From Gammaproteobacteria bacterium (GTDB taxonomy: Bacteria > Pseudomonadota > Gammaproteobacteria > Ga0077536): a DNA stretch of 64,000 nucleotides. The stretch spans positions 64,274 to 128,273 of the forward strand of contig JAYODW010000003.1 of the NCBI GenBank assembly GCA_038116745.1. Direction: 5' to 3'. The notes under the pieces were generated by a model that was not told where the DNA came from, searched no databases, and saw only the letters and a list, made by a program, of their open reading frames with translations. The position numbers and the translations under genes were made by a program. Every line of letters begins with the position of its first letter. Position 1 is the stretch's first letter. Positions 1-8,821 of the stretch are shown here, in pieces.

Positions 1-1604
1 TGGAATTCAACAACCTGCGCCTGGAGGACGCTGCCGACGGTGTCGTGCTGGTCACGCTGGATATGCCCGGTCGACCGTTCAATGTTTTCTCAGAGGACAT
101 GATTGACGAGCTCGAGGCGCTCATTGATACGCTGGCCGCGCGGGCGGACAGCTGGCGGGGTGTGGTTATTACCTCGGGCAAGAACGCGTTCATGGCCGGT
201 GCCGATCTGGCCATGGTGGAGGGTTTTACCACCCTTCGTCACCGCGCCGCGCCGGACGCAATCCGCGCGACTTTTTCACGCCTGAGCTACCTCCTGCGTC
301 GGCTTGAACGTCTGCCGCAGACGCTGGTTGCCGCGGTCGAGGGACTGGCACTTGGCGGCGGGCTGGAGCTGGCCATGGCCTGTCATCATCGCGTGGCGGC
401 CATCGGTGACAAGCCGTCTCTGGGATTGCCGGAAGTGCTGTTGGGCCTGCTGCCAGGTGCGGGCGGCACGCAACGTCTGCCGCGGCTCACCGCCCCCGCG
501 TTCGCGGCGCGCATGCTGCTGAGTGGCGCGCCGGTCACACCGCAGGCGGCGCTCGACGCCGGTCTGGTCGATCGGCTGGTGCCGGCCGAGGCGCTGTTCG
601 CGAGCGCGGTGGAAATGGCGCAGCGCGCAGCGCCCGGTGCGCGCTGGGATCAGCCCGGTTGGACTCCGCCCGCGGATCCGACCGGTCTGCTGGATGGTGC
701 CGACGCCGAAGCGGCGCTGCTGCAGTCCGGCTGGACGGACCCGGCCGTCGCGCACTGCTATCCGGCGCTCCGCGCCATCCTCAACTGCATCCGCGAGGGG
801 CGCGGCCGCGATTTCGACGCCGCGATGGAGCTCGAGTTCGACCAGTTCCTCGGGCTGATGCTCGACCCCGTGGCCGGGAACATGGTGAATACCGGCTTTC
901 TCGCGAAAACCGCCGCCGTACGCCGGGCGCGCGAGCGTCTCGGCGAGGCGACACACCAGCCTGCGCGGATTGCGCTCACCTGTGCCGGTCCGGTTCCGGC
1001 GCGACTGGCTTCCCGCCTGGACGTGGTGAACAGCGCGGACGCGGATCTGCATCTCGGTCTGCGCGAGGTGACCAGTGAGGCGGACAGCGGCTGCGCGGTC
1101 GAAGCGCGCTATGCGGGTGATTTCGCCCGAGCGCAGGCGGTGGAACTGGCAGCGGCCCCGGGTGAGCCCGCGGCGCAGGCTGTCGCGGCGCTGAGTCGTG
1201 TGGGGCTCATACCGATTGCGGTCAGTCGTACCGACAGCGGTCCGGCCGCACGCCTGCTACAGGCCGCCCGACGCTGGCTGACGGAACACGCAGCGTCAGA
1301 CGAGCAGCGCGCGCAGATCGCGACCGCGATTGACGGCGCCGCGTTCTTTGCGGCAGCCGGTCTCAAGACGCACCACACGGCGAGTTTTGAGGCCAGCGAT
1401 CGTGAGCGGGGTCTGGCTCTGCTGGCCGCCGTCGCCGCTGAGGCGGCCGCTTGCGTACGCGAAGGACTGGTCGTCGCAGCACAGGATCTCGACGTGCTCG
1501 CGGTCTTCGTGCTCGGCTTTCCGGCCTGGACCGGCGGTCCGCTGCGCCTGCTCGAGGACGCGCGGCGTGGCGACGTGCCCGGCCTGACGCTGCCTGCGCA
1601 CTGA
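1..1604 (+). CDS. Enoyl-CoA hydratase (crotonase) fused to a 3-hydroxyacyl-CoA dehydrogenase C-terminal-like domain; 5'-truncated by the window edge
   Basis: The reading frame is already open at base 3 (EFNNLRLEDAADGVVLVTLDMPGRPFNVF...), with the crotonase motif GKNAFMAGADL. The C-terminal stretch GFPAWTGGPLRLLED resembles a 3HCDH_C domain. No GxGxxG Rossmann motif is seen between the two parts. Confidence 0.7.
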   Translation, partial: EFNNLRLEDAADGVVLVTLDMPGRPFNVFSEDMIDELEALIDTLAARADSWRGVVITSGKNAFMAGADLAMVEGFTTLRHRAAPDAIRATFSRLSYLLRRLERLPQTLVAAVEGLALGGGLELAMACHHRVAAIGDKPSLGLPEVLLGLLPGAGGTQRLPRLTAPAFAARMLLSGAPVTPQAALDAGLVDRLVPAEALFASAVEMAQRAAPGARWDQPGWTPPADPTGLLDGADAEAALLQSGWTDPAVAHCYPALRAILNCIREGRGRDFDAAMELEFDQFLGLMLDPVAGNMVNTGFLAKTAAVRRARERLGEATHQPARIALTCAGPVPARLASRLDVVNSADADLHLGLREVTSEADSGCAVEARYAGDFARAQAVELAAAPGEPAAQAVAALSRVGLIPIAVSRTDSGPAARLLQAARRWLTEHAASDEQRAQIATAIDGAAFFAAAGLKTHHTASFEASDRERGLALLAAVAAEAAACVREGLVVAAQDLDVLAVFVLGFPAWTGGPLRLLEDARRGDVPGLTLPAH

Positions 1605-1682
1605 CTGTGGCGCCGCCGTCAGCGGAGGCTGGCGGCCACGCCCTGCACGGTTTTAAAAAACGTTTTGATGGATTGAGGAATC

Positions 1683-2849
1683 ATGATCCCACGCACGCTG
1701 TTTGAACCTGAACACGACATCTTCCGCGCCTCGGTAAGGCGCTTCATTGAGCGTGAGATCACGCCGTACCACGACCAATGGGAAAAAGACGGCGCGGTGC
1801 CCCGGGAGCTCTGGCTCAAGGCCGGCGAAGCGGGGCTCCTGTGCTGCTCGGTGCCGGAGGAATACGGCGGTGCGGGCGCGGATTATCTGTATGACGTGGT
1901 CGTGTTCGAAGAAATGGCGCGCGCCGGGGCAACCGGTCCTGGCTTCATGATCCATACCGATCTGGTGTCGACCTATATCCGCTCTTTCGGCACGGAAGAG
2001 CAGAAGCAGGCCTGGCTGCCGAAGATGGTGCGCGGCGAGGCGATCGGCTCGCTCGGTATGACCGAACCCCACGCGGGTTCCGATCTGAAAAACATCCACA
2101 CCCGCGCGGTGCTCGATGGCGACGAGTTCGTGATTAACGGCCAGAAAGTCTTCATCTCGAACGGGCAGCTGTGCGACATCCTGGTGCTGGCGACCAAAAC
2201 TGATTCCGCCGCTGGCGCCAAGGGGGTGACCCTGTTCCTCGTCGAAGGCGATCGCCCTGGATTCACCCGTGGGAGAAACCTCGACAAGCTCGGCATGAAG
2301 GCGCAGGACACCTCAGAGCTTTTCTTCGAGGATGTGCGGGTGCCGGTGTCGAACATGCTCGGCGGTGAAGGGCAGGGATTCGGCATGATGATGACCAAGC
2401 TCGCGCAGGAACGTCTGGCTCAGGCGATCCGCAGTGCTGCTGTGGTCGAGGCCGTGATCGACTGGACCGTCGCCTATACCGCAGAGCGCAAGGCTTTCGG
2501 TCAGACCATCGGCGATTTTCAGAACACCCAGTTCAAGCTGGCCGAGCTCAAGACTGAAGCGACCGCCGGGCGCATCATGACTGACCGCTGCATCGAAGCC
2601 TTCATGGCCGGTGAGCTGGATGCCATCGATGCCGCGATGGCGAAGATGTTCCTGTCCAACCTGCATTGCAAAACGGTGGACGAGTGCCTGCAGCTGTTCG
2701 GCGGCTGGGGCTATATGTGGGAGTACCCGATCGCGCGTGCCTACGCCGACGCACGGGTGGTGAAGATCGCCGGCGGCTCGATCGAGATCATGAAATACCT
2801 GATCGGACGGGACATGTTCCGGCACTATCGGGAAGGGCAGGGCGGCTAG
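1683..2849 (+). CDS. Acyl-CoA dehydrogenase
   Basis: 388 aa with typical ACAD N- to C-terminal layout (ITPYHDQWEKDG..., GMTEPHAGSD, C-terminal helical domain ending IGRDMF). An ATG and a plausible upstream RBS are present. Confidence 0.9.
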   Translation: MIPRTLFEPEHDIFRASVRRFIEREITPYHDQWEKDGAVPRELWLKAGEAGLLCCSVPEEYGGAGADYLYDVVVFEEMARAGATGPGFMIHTDLVSTYIRSFGTEEQKQAWLPKMVRGEAIGSLGMTEPHAGSDLKNIHTRAVLDGDEFVINGQKVFISNGQLCDILVLATKTDSAAGAKGVTLFLVEGDRPGFTRGRNLDKLGMKAQDTSELFFEDVRVPVSNMLGGEGQGFGMMMTKLAQERLAQAIRSAAVVEAVIDWTVAYTAERKAFGQTIGDFQNTQFKLAELKTEATAGRIMTDRCIEAFMAGELDAIDAAMAKMFLSNLHCKTVDECLQLFGGWGYMWEYPIARAYADARVVKIAGGSIEIMKYLIGRDMFRHYREGQGG

Positions 2850-3026
2850 CCGCGCGCGTGGCCAGATCCAGGTGCGCTGGAGTTTGGTGCCCGTTTATTG
2901 ATTAAAACTTCAATAGAAGTTAGCGTCGGTGTCGATAGCGCCGCCTCGAGGAGCGTATCGCGGTGGCAAATGCGTGGCACAGATTGTCTCAGCAGAGCTG
3001 TGGTGAAGAGAAAGAAGGAGTGCACA

Positions 3027-4136
3027 ATGTTTTTTGACTATGCGCGTTACTACCTAACCTTCGGCTTGCAGCTGATGACCGCCGCCGGTCTGCTGCTCGG
3101 CGGCGCGTGGGCGTGGCTGGGTCTGAGCACGCTGTTCGTGTTCGCTGTTGCCGACGAACTTCTGCCGCTGGATCTGGCGCCGCGCCGCATGAATAACCAG
3201 GCGCTGGCCAGCGTGCCGCTGTGGCTGTGCACCCTGAGCGGCCCGCTGCTGGTGCTGCTGCTGGCGTGGACCGCAGCGCAGGGGAACTTCGCAGGGCTCG
3301 ACTGGGCCGGTGCGGTGATCAGCACCGCCTGGCTGTCGGTCATCGGCTACGTCCCTTCGAGCCACGAGCTCTACCATCAGCGCAGCTGGCTCGCGCAGTT
3401 TGTCGGCAACTATGGGCAGGTGGTGTACCTCGACTGCACGCGCAGCGTCGGGCACACGGTGGGCCACCATATCGACGTCGGTACCAAGGAGGATTCGGAT
3501 ACCGCACCGCGCGGCAAGGATCTGTACTCGTTCACCCTGAAGGCGCTGGTCGACAGCACTATCCTGTCTTCGAAGATCGAAAGCGACGCGCTCGAGAAGC
3601 GTGGCTACAGCCGCTGGTCGTGGCGCCATCGGGCGTGGAAGGCCGTGCTTGCGCAGCTCGTGTTTCACGCGGTCGCCTATGCCATCGCCGGCTGGACGGG
3701 CGTCGCTGCCGCGCTGGCGTCGATGCTGGTCGCCCGTCTCTGGGTCGAGTCGTTCAACTACTTTCAGCATTACGGCATCGTGCGCGCACCGGGTAAGCCA
3801 GTGGCGCGCCGCCATCTGTGGAATCATCTGGGCTACCTGACCCGCCCGGTGGCGATGGAGATTACCAACCACGCCGATCACCACCTGGATTCCTACATCC
3901 CCTACTACAAGCTGCAGCCCGATCCGACCGCGATCCGCATGCCGAACGTCTTCCTGTGTTTTCTGGCCGCGCTGGTGCCGCCGCTGTGGCACCGCTACAT
4001 CATCATGCCTGCGCTGAAAGAGTGGGATCTCAAGTTCGCCAGTGCCGAGGAGCGCGAGATCGCGCGTGCGCAGAATCTCGCTGCAGGGTGGCCGGACTGG
4101 TTCAGCGAGGCGCCGCAGCAGGCGGTCGCCGCATAG
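3027..4136 (+). CDS. Integral-membrane di-iron hydroxylase of the AlkB/XylM/fatty-acid-desaturase family
   Basis: Multiple TM helices and three histidine boxes (HELYHQ, GHTVGHH, NHADHH). The ATG at 3027 is preceded by AAGGAG at 3015-3020. The longer ORF listed from 2898 is unlikely to be the real start. Confidence 0.75.
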   Translation: MFFDYARYYLTFGLQLMTAAGLLLGGAWAWLGLSTLFVFAVADELLPLDLAPRRMNNQALASVPLWLCTLSGPLLVLLLAWTAAQGNFAGLDWAGAVISTAWLSVIGYVPSSHELYHQRSWLAQFVGNYGQVVYLDCTRSVGHTVGHHIDVGTKEDSDTAPRGKDLYSFTLKALVDSTILSSKIESDALEKRGYSRWSWRHRAWKAVLAQLVFHAVAYAIAGWTGVAAALASMLVARLWVESFNYFQHYGIVRAPGKPVARRHLWNHLGYLTRPVAMEITNHADHHLDSYIPYYKLQPDPTAIRMPNVFLCFLAALVPPLWHRYIIMPALKEWDLKFASAEEREIARAQNLAAGWPDWFSEAPQQAVAA

Positions 4137-4145
4137 TTCAACCGC

Positions 4146-4174
4146 GCCGCGTCCGCTTCTGGACGCGGCATTTT
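4146..4174. terminator. Bidirectional rho-independent terminator between convergent genes
   Basis: Perfect 9-bp stem gccgcgtcc/ggacgcggc with a 6-nt loop, followed by ATTTTCC. It lies between the AlkB-like stop (4136) and the amidohydrolase stop (4189). Confidence 0.55.
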
Positions 4175-4188
4175 CCTCCCGCCTCCGG

Positions 4189-5169
4189 TCAGTTCGAGGC
4201 GCTCAGGCCCAGGAAGCGTGCTGCCGCGCCGTCCCAGTCGTGCGCCCCGGCGCCGTTGAGGAAGGCGGCCAGCTCGGTCTGCTGGATCACATACGGGTAA
4301 TCCGTCCCGGGAAATACCTGACCCGGGGCGAAGGTGCCGGCCAGATGGTCCAGGTACCCCGGGTCGTAAACCAGACTGTCGTAGAAGAAGCCGGCTGCGA
4401 CCACACTCGGTGATGCCCGCAGCGCTTCCTGAAAGCCGTCACTCAGTTCCCAGCTCCGGGTCAGGCGGTGCGCGAGCGGCACGATAGCGCCGCCGCCATG
4501 GCTGAAGCCGAAGCGCAGCGCGGGGAAACGCTCGCTGACGCCGGCCCGGATCAGGGTCGCCGCGGCGAGTCCGGTATCCAGTGGGAAATTGGCGAACGGC
4601 ACCAGATCCGGCCAGGTGCTGACCCGCTCGACGCCGATCGGATGCAGCGCGTGGACGAAAATCGCCAGTCCAAGCCGCTCGGCCTCGGCGTAGAACGGAT
4701 TGAACCGCGCGTCGCCCGGCATCACGCCATCGATGTTTGATCCGATCTCGACACCGGCGAAGCCATCCGCTTTCAGGCGCGACAGTTCCCGGGCGGCGAG
4801 TTCGACGTCCTGCAGTGGTACGCTGCCCAGGCCGTAAAAGCGTCCCGGCGCGGCGCTGCACAGTTCGGCAATGGCGTGATTCACCCAGCGGTTGAGTTCG
4901 AGGGCCGACGCTGGCTGCATCCAGTAGGACAGCAGTTCCGGCATCGGCGAGAGCGCCTGGGCTGTCAGTCCCTCGCGCTCCATGTCGTCGATGCGGCGCC
5001 CCATCTCCCAGGAACGCGGGTCCAGCTCGCGGAAAGGTTTACCGTCGAATTCGATCGTGGCGCGACCGGCCGCGTGATGCCGCATGCACGGCCAGCGCCC
5101 GCCGCAGCCGGGCGCAGGGTCGGCAGGAAAGGAAGCCGGCACGAGATGGGTATGGACGTCGATCAGCAT
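4189..5169 (-). CDS. Amidohydrolase-2 family metal-dependent hydrolase/decarboxylase (ACMSD/LigW-like)
   Basis: Starts MLIDVHTHLVP (metal-binding HxH) and is 326 aa. It is the last gene of the minus-strand aromatic operon. Confidence 0.7.
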   Translation of the reverse strand: MLIDVHTHLVPASFPADPAPGCGGRWPCMRHHAAGRATIEFDGKPFRELDPRSWEMGRRIDDMEREGLTAQALSPMPELLSYWMQPASALELNRWVNHAIAELCSAAPGRFYGLGSVPLQDVELAARELSRLKADGFAGVEIGSNIDGVMPGDARFNPFYAEAERLGLAIFVHALHPIGVERVSTWPDLVPFANFPLDTGLAAATLIRAGVSERFPALRFGFSHGGGAIVPLAHRLTRSWELSDGFQEALRASPSVVAAGFFYDSLVYDPGYLDHLAGTFAPGQVFPGTDYPYVIQQTELAAFLNGAGAHDWDGAAARFLGLSASN

Positions 5170-5230
5170 GGGTGTTCAGGCTTTGCGCACGCAGCAGGGC
5201 GATCGCGGTGGTCTGCTGTGGAGGAAAAGC

Positions 5231-5974
5231 TCACAGCATGGTGCTGCCGCCGTTGACGCTGATGACCTGGCCGGTGACGAAGCTCGCTTCATCGCTCGCC
5301 AGGTAGGCCACCATCGATGCGACTTCGGCCATGGTCGCGGGTCGGCCCATGGGGATGACGTTGTTGAACTGCATCACCCAGGGGTCCTGCCGCGCCATCA
5401 GTTCAGCCACCATGGGGGTGGCGACCATGCAGGGTGCCACCGTGTTGATGGTGATGTTGCGCTCGGCGAACTCGCGCGCGAGGCCGGTAGTCAGGCCGTG
5501 CATACCTCCCTTGGCTGCGTTGTAGGCGGCGTGTTCGGGCAGACCGTTGCGCACTGAATCCGCACCGAGATTGATGATGCGGCCGCCACCTTGTTCCAGC
5601 ATCACCGGCAGTACGCGATGGCAGCACCAGAGCACGGTCCACAGGTTGCGGTCGATGGTCTGTTTCAGCGATTCGGCGGTGTGCTCGAGAAACGGCCGGA
5701 TGACGCCGCCGCCGGCGTTGTTGACCAGGATGTCGATCTGCCCCAACCCGCTGCGGGCAGTTTTGACAAGACCGGCCACGGTGTCCTCCTCACAGAGGTC
5801 GCCCACAAAGCTGAGCGCGTCCGGTGCCAGCGCCGCCGCAACGGCAGGTGTGCTCTCCGCGAGATCGGCGAGGCACACGCGCGCGCCCTCGGCGACCAGG
5901 CGTTCGGCGATGGCCAGTCCGATCCCTGCTGCGCCCCCGGTGACGATGGCGGTTTTTCCCTCGAGTCGAGGCAT
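5231..5974 (-). CDS. Short-chain dehydrogenase/reductase (probable cis-dihydrodiol dehydrogenase)
   Basis: N-terminal sequence MPRLEGKTAIVTGGAAGIGLAIAERL (the TGxxxGxG motif) plus NNAG and YxxxK-type SDR motifs. The start at 5974 lies 1 nt after the upstream stop. The longer ORF to 6214 overlaps the upstream gene. Confidence 0.85.
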   Translation of the reverse strand: MPRLEGKTAIVTGGAAGIGLAIAERLVAEGARVCLADLAESTPAVAAALAPDALSFVGDLCEEDTVAGLVKTARSGLGQIDILVNNAGGGVIRPFLEHTAESLKQTIDRNLWTVLWCCHRVLPVMLEQGGGRIINLGADSVRNGLPEHAAYNAAKGGMHGLTTGLAREFAERNITINTVAPCMVATPMVAELMARQDPWVMQFNNVIPMGRPATMAEVASMVAYLASDEASFVTGQVISVNGGSTML

Positions 5975-5975
5975 A

Positions 5976-6878
5976 TCAGATCTCCAGTGTTTCCAGTGCG
6001 CCGCTGCTGCCGAAGCGGGCCTCGGGGACGGCGCCCCAGTAGTCGATCGACTCGAGTGTGGGTGGCAGCCGCCGCGGCGGGCGCGGATCCTGCTCGGGAA
6101 ACTCTTCCATGCCGAAGCTGTATTCGAGGGTGATGCCGTCCGGGTCGAGAAAGTAGAAGAAGATAGACTCTGACGGTGGATGACGTCCGGGCCCGAAGAC
6201 CACCGGGGCATCAAGCCTGCGGGCGCGGTACAGCGCGCGCCCGATGTCGTCGATGTCGGTCACCATGAAGTTGACGTGATGCAGCTGATTGCGCTCTGCG
6301 CGGCTCAGGCCCAGCGAGTGATGCAGCGGATTCGGGAAGCAGCGCAGAAACGTCACCGCACCGTCGATGCGGTCGGATACGCGGTAGTTCAGCTGCTCGG
6401 TGAAAAACCGCTCCGACGCGTCATGTTCCGCGCAGCCGAGCACCACGTGTCCGAGCCGCACGATCCGGGCCACGGTCGGTGTAAAAGCGCTCGCGGCGGC
6501 GGCAAAGCCCGCGAAATATTCAAAGGTCGCGCCGGTGGAAGGCTCGGTCACGCGAAACGCGCTGCCAAGCCCGAGTGCCGCACAGTGCTCCTCGGCAAGG
6601 TCGTAGCAGGTCAGCCCCTGCTGTTCCAGGTGTCGCCTCAGGGTGACGCAGTCTTCCTCCGTCGCCATCTCCCAGCCCACCCGGCGCAGGCCCGGACGGT
6701 CAGACTGGTGCAGGATGACATCGTGATGACGAGCGCTGCAGCGATAGAGAAATTCTTTATCTGGCGCTTCACCGGCAGGCTGCAGGCCCACCATGGCCTG
6801 ATAGAAGTCGTGCGCGCGCACCTGATCGGTGACGTTCAGCGCAACGTAGGCGAGGCGCCGGTAGCGGAAAGCAGTCAT
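5976..6878 (-). CDS. Type I extradiol ring-cleavage dioxygenase (VOC/glyoxalase superfamily, catechol 2,3-dioxygenase-like)
   Basis: 300 aa with the two-domain VOC architecture (YRRLAYVALNVTD..., HHVNFMVTDIDD...). It sits between the Rieske beta subunit and the SDR. Confidence 0.75.
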   Translation of the reverse strand: MTAFRYRRLAYVALNVTDQVRAHDFYQAMVGLQPAGEAPDKEFLYRCSARHHDVILHQSDRPGLRRVGWEMATEEDCVTLRRHLEQQGLTCYDLAEEHCAALGLGSAFRVTEPSTGATFEYFAGFAAAASAFTPTVARIVRLGHVVLGCAEHDASERFFTEQLNYRVSDRIDGAVTFLRCFPNPLHHSLGLSRAERNQLHHVNFMVTDIDDIGRALYRARRLDAPVVFGPGRHPPSESIFFYFLDPDGITLEYSFGMEEFPEQDPRPPRRLPPTLESIDYWGAVPEARFGSSGALETLEI

Positions 6879-6889
6879 GGTGAAGGTCT

Positions 6890-7396
6890 CTAAAGAATGA
6901 TGCTCACCTTACCCTGCTCGCGGATGTCGTCCTGGTCGATGAACGTGGTTTTTTCCAGGATCCTGGGCGCGCCCTCAGAGCAGGTCAGCAGGTAGCGGTG
7001 ATGGCCAAAAAAAGTGTCGGTGCGCCCCATCTTGCTACGCCAGGTGACGTAGTTGGCGCAGGCTTCAAAGCGCGCGTCGTTGCCACCGAGGATACGAACG
7101 TTGCTGATCATGCGTCGACAGCGGGAGCGGGGGAATTCGGCGTGCGCGGTGCGCTTCTTGAGTCTTTTGACCCGCTCGGTGAGACGGTGGTAGTCGTCGG
7201 CGACATAGAACAGGGTCGTCGCCGGAACCGCTGAGTCATCCGCGCCGGCAGGTGGCACCAGGTAGCGCGCCCCTTCCGCGAACAGCGCGAGCCAGCCGTC
7301 GAGGTCCCACTGGTCAAGCAGGGCGGCTTCGAGATAGAGAAAATCCTCCAGCTCGGAGCGGCTCAGCGAAGGCATCTCGGTTGTGGCGCCACGCAT
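6890..7396 (-). CDS. Aromatic ring-hydroxylating dioxygenase beta (small) subunit
   Basis: SnoaL-like beta-subunit sequence (ELEDFLYLEAALLDQWDLDGWLALF). Its ATG overlaps the alpha-subunit TGA (TGATG), indicating translational coupling. The longer ORF to 7543 would overlap the alpha subunit. Confidence 0.8.
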   Translation of the reverse strand: MRGATTEMPSLSRSELEDFLYLEAALLDQWDLDGWLALFAEGARYLVPPAGADDSAVPATTLFYVADDYHRLTERVKRLKKRTAHAEFPRSRCRRMISNVRILGGNDARFEACANYVTWRSKMGRTDTFFGHHRYLLTCSEGAPRILEKTTFIDQDDIREQGKVSIIL

Positions 7397-8670
7397 CACT
7401 GCGCTCCGGCGACGCGACGGTGCCACTCGCGCCAGAAGGCACGCATCTGCGCCTCGTCGTCCACTCGGGGTGTGACGCTCTGATAGCCCTTGGAAATGTC
7501 GTTCCAGCCGGCCCCGTCGAGATTGCTGTAGCCACGCTGACACAGCGCGAGGGCCTCGCAGTCGTCAGGTGTGGCGAAACCGCCTGGACCGAGGAACTCG
7601 AGGAAGTTGTACAGGCGGAGCTCACGCATCCGCGCTGACTCTTCTTTGGGTGCCAGCGCCCAGGCGTGCACCAGCTGCCGGTCCGGGGCCTGCGGGAAGA
7701 AGGTTCTCACGGTGATCGCCATGATGTCGTTGATCACGAGGTTCGGAAAAATGAGCAGGTTGCGATTGACGGTTGCCATCCGCCTGGCGCGCTCGGCGCC
7801 GAAGCGCTCGACCAGCCGGGCGTAGCTGGCCGCCACTTCGCGCCCGGCCTCCTCGCCCCAGGCGGGGACCGCCTGGGCCACCGGTCGCCCCCACGGTGCG
7901 GTGTACTCGACGACCGCGTGGCCCTGGCCAAGATCGTGGGCCTGACCCTCGATGGCGATATCGACCAGCGCGCCCGGTTTGGAGCGCACGTAGTCGAAGT
8001 AGCTCACATGGGTCGGCAGGCCGTGATAGCCGTCAAAGCTGTTTTCGCACAGCAGTTTCCAGTTGGCAGAAAAGCCGTAGGTCTGCGTGCCGCCGACAAT
8101 CTCCATTTCGTTCTCTGCCTGATCGAGGATCAGATCGATGAACTCGATCGCAGCGCCGAGGTAGTCGCGCAGGCTGTCCGTGCCCTGCTGGAAGTGGACG
8201 AAGCACAGACCGCGGTAGCTCTCGAGGCGCGCCACAGGCACCAGGTTGTGCAGACCGCTGTCACGGGTTTCAGCGGCGTAATCCTCGTCGCCGGGACGGT
8301 TGATCAGCTGTCCTTCCAGGCTGAAGGTCCAGGAGTGATAAAAACAGCGGAACAGGCTGCCGTTACCCTGCTGTTCGCGGCAGACCATGGCGCCTCGGTG
8401 CGGACAGCTGTTGTAGAAGCAACGCAGGCCTGCGTCTTTGCCGCGCACCAGCAGCAGCTCCCGACCGCCGACGGTGCGGGTCAGAAAGTCGCCGGCATCG
8501 GGTACTTCCGAGGCGTGGCCGACGTAAAGCCAGCAGCCGGCGAAGATCTGTCGGCGCTCGGCTTCGAGCACGGATTCATCGGTAAACACGCGGCGCGCGA
8601 CGCGGAACAGACCCCGGGCCTGGTCGTCTTCTATGAGGCTCATCGGGGACTGGTCGGGAGAAGCTGCCAT
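7396..8670 (-). CDS. Rieske non-haem iron ring-hydroxylating dioxygenase alpha (large) subunit
   Basis: Rieske motif CPHRGAMVC...CFYHSWTF followed by a catalytic domain. The start is uncertain: ATG at 8670 or 8643. The ORF start at 8823 would overlap the divergent mtoX start. Confidence 0.85.
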   Translation of the reverse strand: MAASPDQSPMSLIEDDQARGLFRVARRVFTDESVLEAERRQIFAGCWLYVGHASEVPDAGDFLTRTVGGRELLLVRGKDAGLRCFYNSCPHRGAMVCREQQGNGSLFRCFYHSWTFSLEGQLINRPGDEDYAAETRDSGLHNLVPVARLESYRGLCFVHFQQGTDSLRDYLGAAIEFIDLILDQAENEMEIVGGTQTYGFSANWKLLCENSFDGYHGLPTHVSYFDYVRSKPGALVDIAIEGQAHDLGQGHAVVEYTAPWGRPVAQAVPAWGEEAGREVAASYARLVERFGAERARRMATVNRNLLIFPNLVINDIMAITVRTFFPQAPDRQLVHAWALAPKEESARMRELRLYNFLEFLGPGGFATPDDCEALALCQRGYSNLDGAGWNDISKGYQSVTPRVDDEAQMRAFWREWHRRVAGAQ

Positions 8671-8821
8671 GCTGTAACTGGCCTGTGTGGTCGGGCTGGC
8701 GAAGGTAGCGTGCCCGTTCATGCAAGTAAATTCGGAGCGGCGTTCAAAGGCCGGCGTAGCGCACACGCGCGCTCGATGCGACACTCCGCTCTCCCAGGAG
8801 TAAACGTCAGGAGTGGAAGCC

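Noticed and set aside
276-1052. Long antisense or alternative-frame ORFs throughout. Examples: 276-1052 (-), 3054-3992 (-), 7666-8982 (+), 10924-11772 (-), 14562-15698 (-), 25045-26478 (-), 27121-28713 (-), 30629-31819 (+), 31713-32753 (+), 61893-62882 (-).
   Set aside because: All overlap well-supported genes on the other strand or frame. They have Arg/Ala/Pro-rich translations typical of GC-rich out-of-frame sequence and contain no recognisable motifs.
2898-3026. Extended N-terminus of the AlkB-like gene from the ORF start at 2898.
   Set aside because: The ATG at 3027 has a canonical AAGGAG RBS and is immediately followed by the first TM helix. The upstream extension is hydrophilic and has no support.
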